Shown here: positions 17,783 through 27,065 of the stretch, in pieces
How the letters are laid out: each line of letters opens with the position of its first letter
How positions within the stretch are numbered: the stretch's first letter is position 1
UHGV virus genome: UHGV-1678524
Origin: a virus
Length of the DNA: 43,095 nt
Strand: one strand, 5' to 3'
Notes under the pieces: generated by a model
What the model was told of the DNA's origin: nothing
The model's database searches: none
The model's input: only the letters and a program-made list of their open reading frames with translations
Made by a program: the position numbers and the translations under genes

Positions 17783-18060
17783 TTTTCTTTGTTAAACATC
17801 TCATAAGGTCTTGCGTAGATTTTACCATCTGCTGTAGAGATGTAAGAGATACCAGCAACCCATGAGTCATCATTTTGTTTTATCATCATGTCTGTGCTAC
17901 TCACATAGTACATCGTTTTCCGAGGCTTGTGGAGCAAGTATATAGGTCGCTTATGTTTTTCTATTAAATCTTTCATGGTCTCTCCAAAGTTATTTTTAGA
18001 GGGTCTTTTACGACCCTCATAGTTGTTAAAACTAAACACCACAACCCTCGCAATAAGCAT
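17719..18060 (-). CDS. Hypothetical protein between nrdA and nrdB (true start probably an internal Met)
   Basis: 113-aa ORF overlapping nrdA's 3' end by 29 nt and nrdB's 5' end by 64 nt. Confidence 0.3.
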   Translation of the reverse strand: MLIARVVVFSFNNYEGRKRPSKNNFGETMKDLIEKHKRPIYLLHKPRKTMYYVSSTDMMIKQNDDSWVAGISYISTADGKIYARPYEMFNKENWEVLDRKQALEMIKKGEITL

Positions 18061-20266
18061 CTTGCAGTGCAGATTTACCTACACCAATGCGACTGTTAAG
18101 GTAGTACATGGTTTTCATACCTACAGAGTTGGCATAAATCATGTACTTCAGAGCTTGAGCCAATGATACCTTCTTAGACTTTGCATAGTCAACATAGAAG
18201 TCTGAAGAGATAGCTTGACCAGTGAACTTTTGAACAATTGCATAACAGTCAATCATATCAAAGGTGTCGATATCCCAAGCAATTTCATAGACATACTTCA
18301 ACTCTTCATAATCTGGAACAATAAACAGCACGTTACCAGTTGCAGACTTTTTAGTTAAAATAAAGTCACGAATTGGGTACAAGCCATTTGTCGTATTAGT
18401 TGCTAGTGAAGAACTCTCATTAGGCATGTAAGCTTCTAATACAGAGTTTCGGATGCCACCGTTTTCTTTGATACGTTGTGCTAAGTCATCCCAATCATAT
18501 CTTAGTTTTGCATCATGCTTCTCATCAATCTTCTTGTTAGCTGTCTTTGGAGGAACCCAGCCTTCAGGATACTTAGTGAACTTCATGTACTCTGGAACGC
18601 CACGCTCTTTAGCAAGTCTCAGAGAGGCTTCATGCAGATAGTAAGAGTGCATCTCTGCAAGTTCATGAAGTTTCGTTTTACCTGCTCGTGAAGAGTAGTT
18701 CACGTAGTTCTTCGCAAGATAATGAGCCACATTTGTAAGGCCAATCCCAACAGAACGACGCTTCTGAACATGGTTACGCATCGACGGATACGGATAATCC
18801 ATAAGGTCAATAACGGAGTCAACCATTGCAAGAGCATAATAAGCAACGTCAGCGTATTCATCTTCTGAAATTCTCCCTGCAACCAAACTAGCTAGGAAGC
18901 AAAGAGCCACCTCACCATCCTCTTTCACAGCATCGTCTCTGTAAAGGTCTGTCTCTTTCTCAAAACCATACACTGGCAATACAATTTCCATACAAAGATT
19001 TGACATCTTCAAAGGCTCTTTAAATGGTGTATGTGTGTTTGCATTGTTAGTGAAGAATGGATACACACGACCTGTAGCATAACGCTGCTGAATAAACAGC
19101 TTAGCAATTTCACGAGCCTTGACTCGTCTGTGCTTAACTCCTGAATGTACTGCGTGACCAACTGCCATAGCAAACTCATCAGCAGATGCTGTGTAGAACA
19201 TGTCATAAAGTTTTGGTGCATCTTTGTAAGAGAATAGCAACCAATCTGTATCATACTGAACACACTGCCAGAAATAATCGTTTGTGCCGAATGAGTAGTC
19301 CATCTCATTAATACGTTTAGAAGGAACCGTTGTAGGGTGCTTCAAACGCAGTAAATCTTCAATCTGAGGGTCTAGAGCAGTATAGAAGTTATTAGCTGAA
19401 CCACCACGACTCTTCTGTTTGTTTGCCTCTACAGATGAACGTACAAGCTTGTAATAAGGTAGCTTACCCATGTGCTCAATAGTATTTTGACGGATACCAT
19501 CACCAATAGTGCGAGTCTCCATCAGCATACCAATACCGGCTTGCTTTGTAGTCATATCATAAGCAACCTTTGCAGCAATACCAAGTGATTCAGCAGTATC
19601 GTTTGCCTTAATCAAGCAGCATGACGCATAACCTGATTTAGTTGCCCTCAAACCGTTTAAATAAGGCGTAGGAGCGTTAATCTTCAGGTCAGATAGGTAA
19701 GTGTACAGCTTGATAACATCTTGCAGTCTACGATGCTTTGGTTGCTTCTCAAAGGCTTTCATAGCCATACCCATAAACATAAATTGTGGCGACTCAAAAA
19801 GTCTTCCCGTTTTAATATCACGGATACCATACTTGTCTCTGAACTGTTTCAAGACTGCATAACCGTAAGAGATATCTTTTGAGTGCACGATGTAACCTTG
19901 CAGGTATTCAAGCTCTTCCTGTGAGTAATCCATCTTCTCCCAAAGTCCTGCTCTCTCCATATTTTTAACGAAGGTAATCAGCGTAGGAACCTTAGTAAAG
20001 CCTCCAAAGGCTTCTTTGTAGATAATCCCCAGAAGTAGCCGTCCAGCCATATCTGAGTACTCTTGAGTTTGTTTATCAACACAAACATCAATCATGGCTT
20101 GGTGCATCTCTTTTGTGGTGCATCCTTCATAAACACGTTTCATAGCTTCCATAGTGACTTCTGACCAGATAATTCCACGTTTATCTGCCCATGATGCCCA
20201 TTTATTCAGTCTTTCTGGGTCAAAGCTTACTACTGTACCGTTTGATTTTTTAATTGTCTTAATCAT
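18032..20266 (-). CDS. nrdA: Ribonucleotide reductase class Ia large (alpha) subunit
   Basis: 744 aa; ATP-cone N-terminus; NLCMEI active-site-like motif; C-terminal CEGC pair. Confidence 0.85.
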   Translation of the reverse strand: MIKTIKKSNGTVVSFDPERLNKWASWADKRGIIWSEVTMEAMKRVYEGCTTKEMHQAMIDVCVDKQTQEYSDMAGRLLLGIIYKEAFGGFTKVPTLITFVKNMERAGLWEKMDYSQEELEYLQGYIVHSKDISYGYAVLKQFRDKYGIRDIKTGRLFESPQFMFMGMAMKAFEKQPKHRRLQDVIKLYTYLSDLKINAPTPYLNGLRATKSGYASCCLIKANDTAESLGIAAKVAYDMTTKQAGIGMLMETRTIGDGIRQNTIEHMGKLPYYKLVRSSVEANKQKSRGGSANNFYTALDPQIEDLLRLKHPTTVPSKRINEMDYSFGTNDYFWQCVQYDTDWLLFSYKDAPKLYDMFYTASADEFAMAVGHAVHSGVKHRRVKAREIAKLFIQQRYATGRVYPFFTNNANTHTPFKEPLKMSNLCMEIVLPVYGFEKETDLYRDDAVKEDGEVALCFLASLVAGRISEDEYADVAYYALAMVDSVIDLMDYPYPSMRNHVQKRRSVGIGLTNVAHYLAKNYVNYSSRAGKTKLHELAEMHSYYLHEASLRLAKERGVPEYMKFTKYPEGWVPPKTANKKIDEKHDAKLRYDWDDLAQRIKENGGIRNSVLEAYMPNESSSLATNTTNGLYPIRDFILTKKSATGNVLFIVPDYEELKYVYEIAWDIDTFDMIDCYAIVQKFTGQAISSDFYVDYAKSKKVSLAQALKYMIYANSVGMKTMYYLNSRIGVGKSALQDAYCEGCGV

Positions 20267-20283
20267 TTTTGAGTCCTACAGAT

Positions 20284-20308
20284 GAAAAGAGCCTCCGAAG
20301 AGGCTCCC
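20284..20308 (-). terminator. Hairpin plus U-tract, minus strand, 23 nt upstream of nrdA start
   Basis: GAGCCTC-cgaa-GAGGCTC at 20289-20306; minus transcript followed by UUUUCAUC. Confidence 0.4.
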
Positions 20309-20312
20309 TAGT

Positions 20313-20651
20313 TTAAATCTTGAAAATTTGCTCATTCTGCCACATATCGTAAAACTTATCACTTACCTTTGTGACTGAAGAAGTGTGCATACAATTCAGG
20401 GAGAACCATGATGGTGTATTATCATCCATAAGTGTTTCAAGTTTTTGTGTAACGTTCACATCCATGTCTGCAACAACGTAATTGCCTCGCATCTTGCAAA
20501 CAATTCTTCCAAACAAGATTGCACTTCTGCCTCTTCGGTCATCACAGTACATAACTGTGTCTCCGTGCTTAACATCTTGTCCGATACTATCAACACCTAA
20601 TTTAGCACCTGAGATAATGTCATCATAAGATAGCTCTTTTGCTTTAGACAC
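20313..20651 (-). CDS. Hypothetical protein
   Basis: 112-aa ORF. Confidence 0.35.
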   Translation of the reverse strand: MSKAKELSYDDIISGAKLGVDSIGQDVKHGDTVMYCDDRRGRSAILFGRIVCKMRGNYVVADMDVNVTQKLETLMDDNTPSWFSLNCMHTSSVTKVSDKFYDMWQNEQIFKI

Positions 20652-20976
20652 GGTATTTCTCCAAGTTTCTTTTTAGATACAACCAACCATCGTCAGTCCT
20701 TTCTACACCCATAAAGAGTGGAGCCATCACAACTTTCCCAAAAGTATTTCTGTGTTGGCAGATTTCAAAGGAATACTCTTTCTCAATGTCAATCCCGTAT
20801 TTGTACAGAACTGCTTTTAAAACTTGTTCATTGTCCAGAAGTGTATCTGGAGTCTCACCATATTTTTCTAGTAACGGGTCATTCATGAACACCGTCATAG
20901 AAATATTGTAGTTTGAGAAGTGGCTCTTCTGAGCCACACCCTCTTTATTAATGTTCTGTGAATCCATTATAACCAA
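20644..20976 (-). CDS. Hypothetical protein
   Basis: 110-aa ORF. Confidence 0.35.
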   Translation of the reverse strand: MVIMDSQNINKEGVAQKSHFSNYNISMTVFMNDPLLEKYGETPDTLLDNEQVLKAVLYKYGIDIEKEYSFEICQHRNTFGKVVMAPLFMGVERTDDGWLYLKRNLEKYRV

Positions 20977-21703
20977 CCCCTTTTAACCAGCACTTCAGGT
21001 TATTAGCATCATAATTCAGTTTCGGGTATGAGGTTACATGGAACTGCTCACCATCATAATAGACAATATCTGCAATCCATAGTCCATTCTCTTTACAGAA
21101 GTCTTTATCTGCTTTAGAAGTAATTGGATTAACTTCTACAAAACCATCTACACCCAAATCCTTTAAGCTACCTACAATACCTTTGCAGATAACGCATGTC
21201 TCAGATACTACCACAAAAAGTTCTTGGCTTTCAAGTTCTACAATGTATTCACCAAGCTGTACTTTAGGGAGATTCGATTGCTTCATAATCTTCCCATCTG
21301 CTGCACGAACAATCGCATACCACTCTTTACCATCAACTACTGACATTCTGATAATACACTCTTGACCAGTACGCTTTTCAATGTCTGCAAGACGTTTTAA
21401 AGCTTCTTCATAGTTATCTGTGTACTTCAGGTCATTATTATGGCAAACAGCTTTCATAGCACCGTTATGGTCATGCTGTGACAGGTAAATCAAACCGTCA
21501 AGAACATATTGCAAATCTGCCTGAGCATCCAGTGTCTCAATGGGGTCTTTCTCTTCAATTGCTTTTACAAGCTCTTTTGCTTCTTCAAGCATACACAGAG
21601 ATTGAGATTTTAAAGATTCCCAATACTCATTACTGTAAGGTTGTTTTTGAGTGTTTCCACAACGAAGGTTCCAGTTTTTTACTGATTCTCTTGAGTTAAA
21701 CAT
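20948..21703 (-). CDS. Hypothetical protein (weak MazG-like all-alpha NTP pyrophosphohydrolase resemblance in N-terminal half)
   Basis: 251 aa; EEAKELVKAIEEKDPIETLDAQADLQYVLDGLIY loosely resembles the MazG EExxE...D pattern; not diagnostic. Confidence 0.3.
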   Translation of the reverse strand: MFNSRESVKNWNLRCGNTQKQPYSNEYWESLKSQSLCMLEEAKELVKAIEEKDPIETLDAQADLQYVLDGLIYLSQHDHNGAMKAVCHNNDLKYTDNYEEALKRLADIEKRTGQECIIRMSVVDGKEWYAIVRAADGKIMKQSNLPKVQLGEYIVELESQELFVVVSETCVICKGIVGSLKDLGVDGFVEVNPITSKADKDFCKENGLWIADIVYYDGEQFHVTSYPKLNYDANNLKCWLKGVGYNGFTEH

Positions 21704-21942
21704 TCGGACTCCTTAAAATATCTGTTAACTTTTAGCTCTCGTGTTTCAATATATTCTAGATGCTCACGTAGCTCTTGGCGTTTAAGCATTAGGTGCTGCA
21801 TTTGAGATTCAACAGCTTCAACTTCTTTAATTATTGACTCTCTAGCATTTGCAAGGATGCGCTCAAGTTCTTCAATCTTGCTGTCAACTTTTGCTACATG
21901 ACTCACAGCTTTACTTTTGTTAAACATTTTATTCTCTCTCAA
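21679..21942 (-). CDS. Hypothetical coiled-coil protein
   Basis: 87 aa, heptad-like charged sequence. Confidence 0.3.
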   Translation of the reverse strand: MRENKMFNKSKAVSHVAKVDSKIEELERILANARESIIKEVEAVESQMQHLMLKRQELREHLEYIETRELKVNRYFKESECLTQENQ

Positions 21943-21948
21943 TAGTTA

Positions 21949-22446
21949 TCAAGCACAATTTGCTTTCATTACCTTATGGATTCTTTTTTCAGCATCTTCA
22001 TAAGTTTCTTTAGTAATAAACTTAATTGCTGCAATATTGGCATTGTAGAAGAGTCTGAGCTTCGAGTCAATCCTTTTTGTCATTACATCGAACTTATGTT
22101 GAAGGTTTGCTTCACCATAAACTAGGCCACCTTTTGTGTAGTAGGTTTGGATAATGTAAAAGTCAAAAAATTCTTTTCCAAAGCTCTCAATATCTTTTTT
22201 AATATACTCAGAAGAAGTCTCGTAAGTCATCCAATCACTTTCCTTAGTGACTATTTTCTTCCGAGTCTTACCAGCAACTTTTCTTTTGGTCACGCTATTA
22301 AACTGTTTCCTTCCGATATAATATTGTCCAGTCTTCTTACAGTGTACTAAATAGACAAAGCCAAAATGTTTAGTGGGGTCAACTTCCCCACATAAAGATA
22401 CCCAATGACCATAGGTAGGGCAATTACCAAATCCTTTAATCTTCAT
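21949..22446 (-). CDS. GIY-YIG nuclease-like protein (possible free-standing homing endonuclease)
   Basis: FVYLVHCKKTGQYYIGRKQ fits GIY-(10-11)-YIG with following Arg; downstream YGEAN and FYNANIA resemble the conserved Glu/Asn region of I-TevI-type domains. Confidence 0.4.
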   Translation of the reverse strand: MKIKGFGNCPTYGHWVSLCGEVDPTKHFGFVYLVHCKKTGQYYIGRKQFNSVTKRKVAGKTRKKIVTKESDWMTYETSSEYIKKDIESFGKEFFDFYIIQTYYTKGGLVYGEANLQHKFDVMTKRIDSKLRLFYNANIAAIKFITKETYEDAEKRIHKVMKANCA

Positions 22447-23476
22447 TCATACAAGGCTCCCAATTATATTTCTTAAAAGTGAAATCGTCTTTCTTGTTTC
22501 TTTCCTGATAAGCTAAGAAAAAGTGTTGCTGCATTAACTCTAAAGGTGTTCTGGTAATTGTTTGACCATCCCACGAGACATAAGTGTATGACTCTTTCTT
22601 AGCGTAAAGCTCATAAATTGCATCAAGACACTCTTTGTAAGTGGTTTTACCTTCAAGGACTTTCATTATAGTAGCCTTACCAACACCCTTTAAACCAAAA
22701 TAATTATCCGCATTATCACCAGCCACAGCTTGGTAACAAAGGAATTTAAAACCTACCCCAACTGTCTTCTTAGCTTTTGGTGTCGATTTTATTGGACAAT
22801 CCCAAATTTCACCAACGTTGTTATCAGCAATGAAAATCAAAGGTGACTTTTCATAGGTCATATCAATACAGTAAGTCCCTTCAGCTTGTCGAAGGTCTTT
22901 ATCAATACTCATTAAGGCAGCCTTTTTTCCCATCTTTTCAGCTTTAGCAATAACGATAGAGTCAGCTTCAAATCCATCAAGAATCAATTTGAACTCTGGT
23001 CTTGACAGAAGATATTCACGACAAGCAACTAAGTGTGTTGGTGTGACAGCATCTTTACGGTTACCTTGATATTGGTGCTCAAGACCTTTAATGTCTTTGT
23101 GTTTATGCACACCTTTCTCTGTTAAATAACCTACCCAAGTTCTCTCTTTGCCAACAACCTTAAGCCATTCCTGAAGCACCTGTTGAGTAGCCATGATAGC
23201 TTCTTTTTCACTCTTAGCTTCTTTCCAAGTCTGTCTTTCCCATTCATCTTCATCAAATGTCAGGCCAAGTTCTTCCACAAGGATTCTCTGGTCTGCTAAC
23301 CATCTTGCAGCATCTTTTGCATTATCAAATGGTTCAGATTCTTCTGCTGTGAGTTTATTGACGTATTTATATTTTGCTTTCTCAACTACACAAGCACCTT
23401 TATAGGCAATGCTGTCAGAGTCAATAAAAACATGTGTAACTGAATCGGGAAGTTTTGTTAATGTGTACTTCTCCAT
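22436..23476 (-). CDS. RNase H / 5'-3' exonuclease (FEN family, T4 rnh-like)
   Basis: 346 aa; FIDSDSIAYKGA (cf. T4 RNase H LIDFSQIAL), FEADSIVIA (cf. YEADDHIA), SIDKDLRQ and GDNADNY acidic clusters. Confidence 0.6.
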   Translation of the reverse strand: MEKYTLTKLPDSVTHVFIDSDSIAYKGACVVEKAKYKYVNKLTAEESEPFDNAKDAARWLADQRILVEELGLTFDEDEWERQTWKEAKSEKEAIMATQQVLQEWLKVVGKERTWVGYLTEKGVHKHKDIKGLEHQYQGNRKDAVTPTHLVACREYLLSRPEFKLILDGFEADSIVIAKAEKMGKKAALMSIDKDLRQAEGTYCIDMTYEKSPLIFIADNNVGEIWDCPIKSTPKAKKTVGVGFKFLCYQAVAGDNADNYFGLKGVGKATIMKVLEGKTTYKECLDAIYELYAKKESYTYVSWDGQTITRTPLELMQQHFFLAYQERNKKDDFTFKKYNWEPCMNED

Positions 23477-23489
23477 TATGGCTCTCCAT

Positions 23490-23522
23490 ATGAAAAAGCC
23501 CCATACTAAGTACAGGGCTTTA
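23490..23522 (-). terminator. Hairpin plus U-tract, minus strand
   Basis: AAAGCCC...GGGCTTT inverted repeat; minus transcript followed by UUUUUCAUAUGG. Confidence 0.4.
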
Positions 23523-23538
23523 AAGTAACTTTTAGAGA

Positions 23539-24405
23539 TTAGTCTTCTGTATCGAAGTCTTCATCTTCTTCGTCATCTGGGTCTGGCAAATCTTCATCAT
23601 CACCGTCATCAGAATCATCAGAATCATTCGAAGGTTTGTGGTCTGTTGCGTCTTCTTCAGTGATTTCACCGTTATCTTCAACACCATCAAGACCAAGCAT
23701 AGCCAGTTCATCTTCATCCAGTTCAGGTTCACCATTAGCACCGTTACCACCAGTGTAAGGTACAAGAGTATCAATGATAAACTGTTCCTGAATAGGTTTT
23801 GTCAGAACATTGTTCTCAAAAGTGTAGAAGTGAGTAGAAAGAATCACACTACCAAAAGAACCGTTACCAACTGCAATATCTGGATGAATTACATCATAGT
23901 TCTTATCATCTTCATGTTTATCAGATGCTTGAGCTTTGATTTTCTTCATCGGCTGTTTAACAGCTACACGCTTACCATTTACTTCTTCAATCAGCATTAC
24001 AGGGAATGACTGTTTAGCTGTCCATACAGCACCATCTTTATAAGCTGCTGCACGACTCACTTTCAAGATGTAGTAAGTGTCTGCTTCAAATGGTGGTTTG
24101 CAGCCAAACTTCTCTTCGAAGTCATCTGCATCAACTGCTTCAGTAGTAACTTTATCCCAACCTTCTGGGTTCTTCTTAGACTTAGTAAACTCTTTAAAGA
24201 GCTTGTTACCGTCTTCTGCCAGAATTGATACGCTGTAGTTACAGTCTTTTCCTGGGAATTTCTTGTCAATAGATTTACCTTTACCCGGACGTGGTGAAGT
24301 GTTCAGGTAATAAAACCAGACATCTTTCAGCAGGTAACGCAGAGTTTGACGTTCAGTACCGTTGTACTTCTCTACCGGAGCTTTCATTTTAACAACTTTA
24401 GACAT
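23539..24405 (-). CDS. Putative single-stranded DNA-binding protein with acidic C-terminal tail
   Basis: 288 aa; C-terminus DSDDSDDGDDEDLPDPDDEEDEDFDTED with Phe near the end, as in T7 gp2.5-type SSB tails; within the replication module. Confidence 0.4.
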   Translation of the reverse strand: MSKVVKMKAPVEKYNGTERQTLRYLLKDVWFYYLNTSPRPGKGKSIDKKFPGKDCNYSVSILAEDGNKLFKEFTKSKKNPEGWDKVTTEAVDADDFEEKFGCKPPFEADTYYILKVSRAAAYKDGAVWTAKQSFPVMLIEEVNGKRVAVKQPMKKIKAQASDKHEDDKNYDVIHPDIAVGNGSFGSVILSTHFYTFENNVLTKPIQEQFIIDTLVPYTGGNGANGEPELDEDELAMLGLDGVEDNGEITEEDATDHKPSNDSDDSDDGDDEDLPDPDDEEDEDFDTED

Positions 24406-24477
24406 TATTTAAACCTCTATCTCAATTTATGAAGAGTACCAATTCTAATTTGTTGATACTCTATTGTCAAATACTAA

Positions 24478-24627
24478 TTACTGGAAATTGTGCTTATCTT
24501 TAGAAGCTGCTTTACGTGCAGTTTTTCCAGTTCTTACACGTTTTTCTTCATAGTATTTTGCTGGTTTTCCAGCAGTGGCTTTTAAGGAATCCCCAAAAAC
24601 TTTTTCAAATGCTTTAGAGTGTTTCAT
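24478..24627 (-). CDS. Small basic protein (49 aa, absent from ORF track)
   Basis: Manual translation MKHSKAFEKVFGDSLKATAGKPAKYYEEKRVRTGKTARKAASKDKHNFQ; its ATG overlaps the stop of another 49-aa ORF as ATGA. Confidence 0.25.
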   Translation of the reverse strand: MKHSKAFEKVFGDSLKATAGKPAKYYEEKRVRTGKTARKAASKDKHNFQ

Positions 24628-24773
24628 GATATTCTCCGATATACTTGATATTCAAACACATTTTCTTTAATTATAAAGAGCCAACTAATGTTATGCTGAG
24701 GTAGTGTAATGATGACTGTAATCGTGCTTTGGTAGGAATCTTCTTTTATAGCAACCCCCCCATCGCATTTCAT
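24624..24773 (-). CDS. Small ORF (49 aa), translationally coupled to the downstream small basic ORF
   Basis: Manual translation MKCDGGVAIKEDSYQSTITVIITLPQHNISWLFIIKENVFEYQVYRRIS; stop TGA overlaps the next ATG. Confidence 0.2.
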   Translation of the reverse strand: MKCDGGVAIKEDSYQSTITVIITLPQHNISWLFIIKENVFEYQVYRRIS

Positions 24774-24780
24774 GAGGAGC

Positions 24781-24808
24781 ATCTATAGAACCTATCAATC
24801 TTTGTCAA
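24781..24808 (-). promoter_or_regulatory. Sigma70-like promoter candidate on minus strand
   Basis: Minus strand AGTGTTTGACAA-(15-16 nt)-TATAGAT; same AGTGTTTGACAA context as the 4698-4727 candidate. Confidence 0.25.
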
Positions 24809-24878
24809 ACACTCTTCCTGAAATTTATTTAAACTTTTTTCTTCAAAGAAGGGTGTGAACCCCTCTCTTTTATAGCTA

Positions 24879-26870
24879 TCACTCAGTTTCGAATGGGCAG
24901 TCATCTGCATCCTCACTTAATACAGGTGGAATCGTTGAGCTTTGACGCTGCTCTTCAGTATAGACTTCACCAGTCTCACGGTCAAACACTTCATCCTCAT
25001 AATGTGGCAAAGAGTCATCATAATGGTCTTCAGCTTCACCAATACCAAACTGTTGGCGAATATTTTCTGCTGCGCCATCAATGTCAACTCCACAACCAGA
25101 TGCTTTGATAAGACGCCCTGTATCTGGATTGTACCAAGTATGACCAGCAATACCAGTTGACTTACCATGACGACGACACTTAGTTAGCTTGATTTTTGTC
25201 AAGTTTTTCTTAACAGGGTCTGGGTCAACCTTGTTACGCATTAACAGAATGTTGTTCATAGAAATCTGGAAATACGCACCAGAACCTTTAATATCCTCTT
25301 CAGAGATATCTCCACCTTCGGAGTTAGCCTTCTGACCACCTGCACTCTTACGAACGTGACAGACGTTCACCTGTGCATACTGGTAGCGTTTGCAACGACG
25401 CAATAACTCAGACAAGACTTCTTCTTCATCCGTATCAGAACGTGACAGGGCTAACGTAATAGGGTCAAGAATAATAATCTTACAGTCTAAGCTGTTAACA
25501 AGATAGTCAACAAACTCCAGCAAGTTATCTTGGTCAATTGCCCCTTGATGGTCTACGATGTGGATACGACGACCTTTAGACAGTTCTGCGTGTGCTTCCT
25601 TCAATTCATCCCAATCACGTTCGTCATAAGGAATCTCAGAAATCTGCTTGCTAAGGTGGATTGCACAGAGCATCTCCATCAACTCTTCATAGGTATCTTC
25701 GACCGGAATTACGCCAATATTGTAATCGGTATCTTTCCAAGCAGTATAAATCATTTCACGAGTGTATGCAGATTTACCCACTGAAGATGGTGCTGCCAGA
25801 GTTGTAATCTCACCTAAACCGTAACCACCATAAGTCAGCCTGTTCAAATCTCCGAAAGATTCTGGGAAAGGAATCAATGGAATCTGACCACGATTCTTCA
25901 TTGCCTCAAAACCATCTGCGAAGTTCTTGATACCAGCAGGGCAGTAACGGGGTGCATTGTAGATACGCTGCTTAAACCCTTCAAGAACTGTATCTTTCTC
26001 TTTATAGAACTTTGTCCACCATTCGTTAAGGTCTTTTACACCCTCTGGATACTGGAATAAACGAACCTTCTCAATAGGTAGGATACCAGCAGCCTCTTTA
26101 GTAGCTTTAGCACCTGCTTCATCATTATCAAAGCACAAGTAAATCTCATCAAATGATGTGATGTACTGATAGTTGTCTTTGATAGACTTAATGTTTGCAC
26201 CTGATGGAACAGATACGTGACAGTAATTCTTACGACGAGACTTATCTTTAATCGCCAAAGAAGTCATGTAGATTGCTGTCGCACATTCCATCTCGCCTTC
26301 CCAGATGAATAGACGGTTACCACCTTCTGGAGCAATCCATGAACCGAACATTGCCAGTTCACCTTTAATGTCTCCAACACCACCTGAAAAGTCTTTTAGT
26401 TTACCTCGTAGGTGTTCTTTTGGATGGTCTTCTGGATAACGATGACGTACACGGTAGCCAACGTGCTCTAACTTACCATCTTCATTACGTTTGTAAGTTG
26501 GGTAGAAATGTGCGTCAATTTCACCGTCACTGTCAATGTCAACCTTAATACCTAAACGTTCAAGAACTTTTGCAGGAATCTTCCTGTCCTTTAAGTCCAT
26601 CGCTTCAAGGTTTTCTTTCACATCATCTAAATCCATTCCACGGAAAGTACGGTTTTTATTGTCTGAACCAGTAGAATAAGTGCTCACGATTTGTCCTTTA
26701 TCAAAATCCCACTCTGGGAAACCTTTGTTACAACTAAAGCAAGTCATCGAATAAGAATCATCGTCATGATGATAGATTGAACCAGCATCTGATGAACCAC
26801 AACGTGGACATGCACAATGACCAACAAACTGACCAGCCTCTTTCAATTTACGACCTTTAGACATTAGCAC
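24879..26870 (-). CDS. DNA primase/helicase (T7 gp4-like: zinc-binding domain, TOPRIM primase, DnaB-family helicase)
   Basis: 663 aa; N-terminal CACPRCGSSD...CFSCNKG zinc ribbon; Walker A-like APSSVGKS in C-terminal half. Confidence 0.8.
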   Translation of the reverse strand: MLMSKGRKLKEAGQFVGHCACPRCGSSDAGSIYHHDDDSYSMTCFSCNKGFPEWDFDKGQIVSTYSTGSDNKNRTFRGMDLDDVKENLEAMDLKDRKIPAKVLERLGIKVDIDSDGEIDAHFYPTYKRNEDGKLEHVGYRVRHRYPEDHPKEHLRGKLKDFSGGVGDIKGELAMFGSWIAPEGGNRLFIWEGEMECATAIYMTSLAIKDKSRRKNYCHVSVPSGANIKSIKDNYQYITSFDEIYLCFDNDEAGAKATKEAAGILPIEKVRLFQYPEGVKDLNEWWTKFYKEKDTVLEGFKQRIYNAPRYCPAGIKNFADGFEAMKNRGQIPLIPFPESFGDLNRLTYGGYGLGEITTLAAPSSVGKSAYTREMIYTAWKDTDYNIGVIPVEDTYEELMEMLCAIHLSKQISEIPYDERDWDELKEAHAELSKGRRIHIVDHQGAIDQDNLLEFVDYLVNSLDCKIIILDPITLALSRSDTDEEEVLSELLRRCKRYQYAQVNVCHVRKSAGGQKANSEGGDISEEDIKGSGAYFQISMNNILLMRNKVDPDPVKKNLTKIKLTKCRRHGKSTGIAGHTWYNPDTGRLIKASGCGVDIDGAAENIRQQFGIGEAEDHYDDSLPHYEDEVFDRETGEVYTEEQRQSSTIPPVLSEDADDCPFETE

Positions 26871-27057
26871 CTCTTCGTTGTAGTTCTGTCTTCAATCCAT
26901 TTTCAATCTTGTCAAGTTCATGAATTTCATCTGCAATCTCTTTCCTTCGTGATTCAACTCTCTTAAGACGTTCAATCATTACCTCATTGGAAAGAGATGA
27001 GAGTTCCACTAAACGGTGGTCAATAACTTTAAAATTGTCTTTTACTCTCATCTTCAT
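26857..27057 (-). CDS. Hypothetical small coiled-coil protein
   Basis: 66-aa ORF. Confidence 0.3.
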   Translation of the reverse strand: MKMRVKDNFKVIDHRLVELSSLSNEVMIERLKRVESRRKEIADEIHELDKIENGLKTELQRRGANV

Positions 27058-27065
27058 TCTCTCTT

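Noticed and set aside
18032-20266. Intein or intron in nrdA
   Set aside because: nrdA reads as one uninterrupted 744-aa ORF of expected length; no intervening sequence.
23532-23774. 80-aa ORF overlapping the 3' end of the SSB-like gene
   Set aside because: Alternate-frame reading of the sequence encoding the acidic Asp/Glu tail; low-complexity translation.
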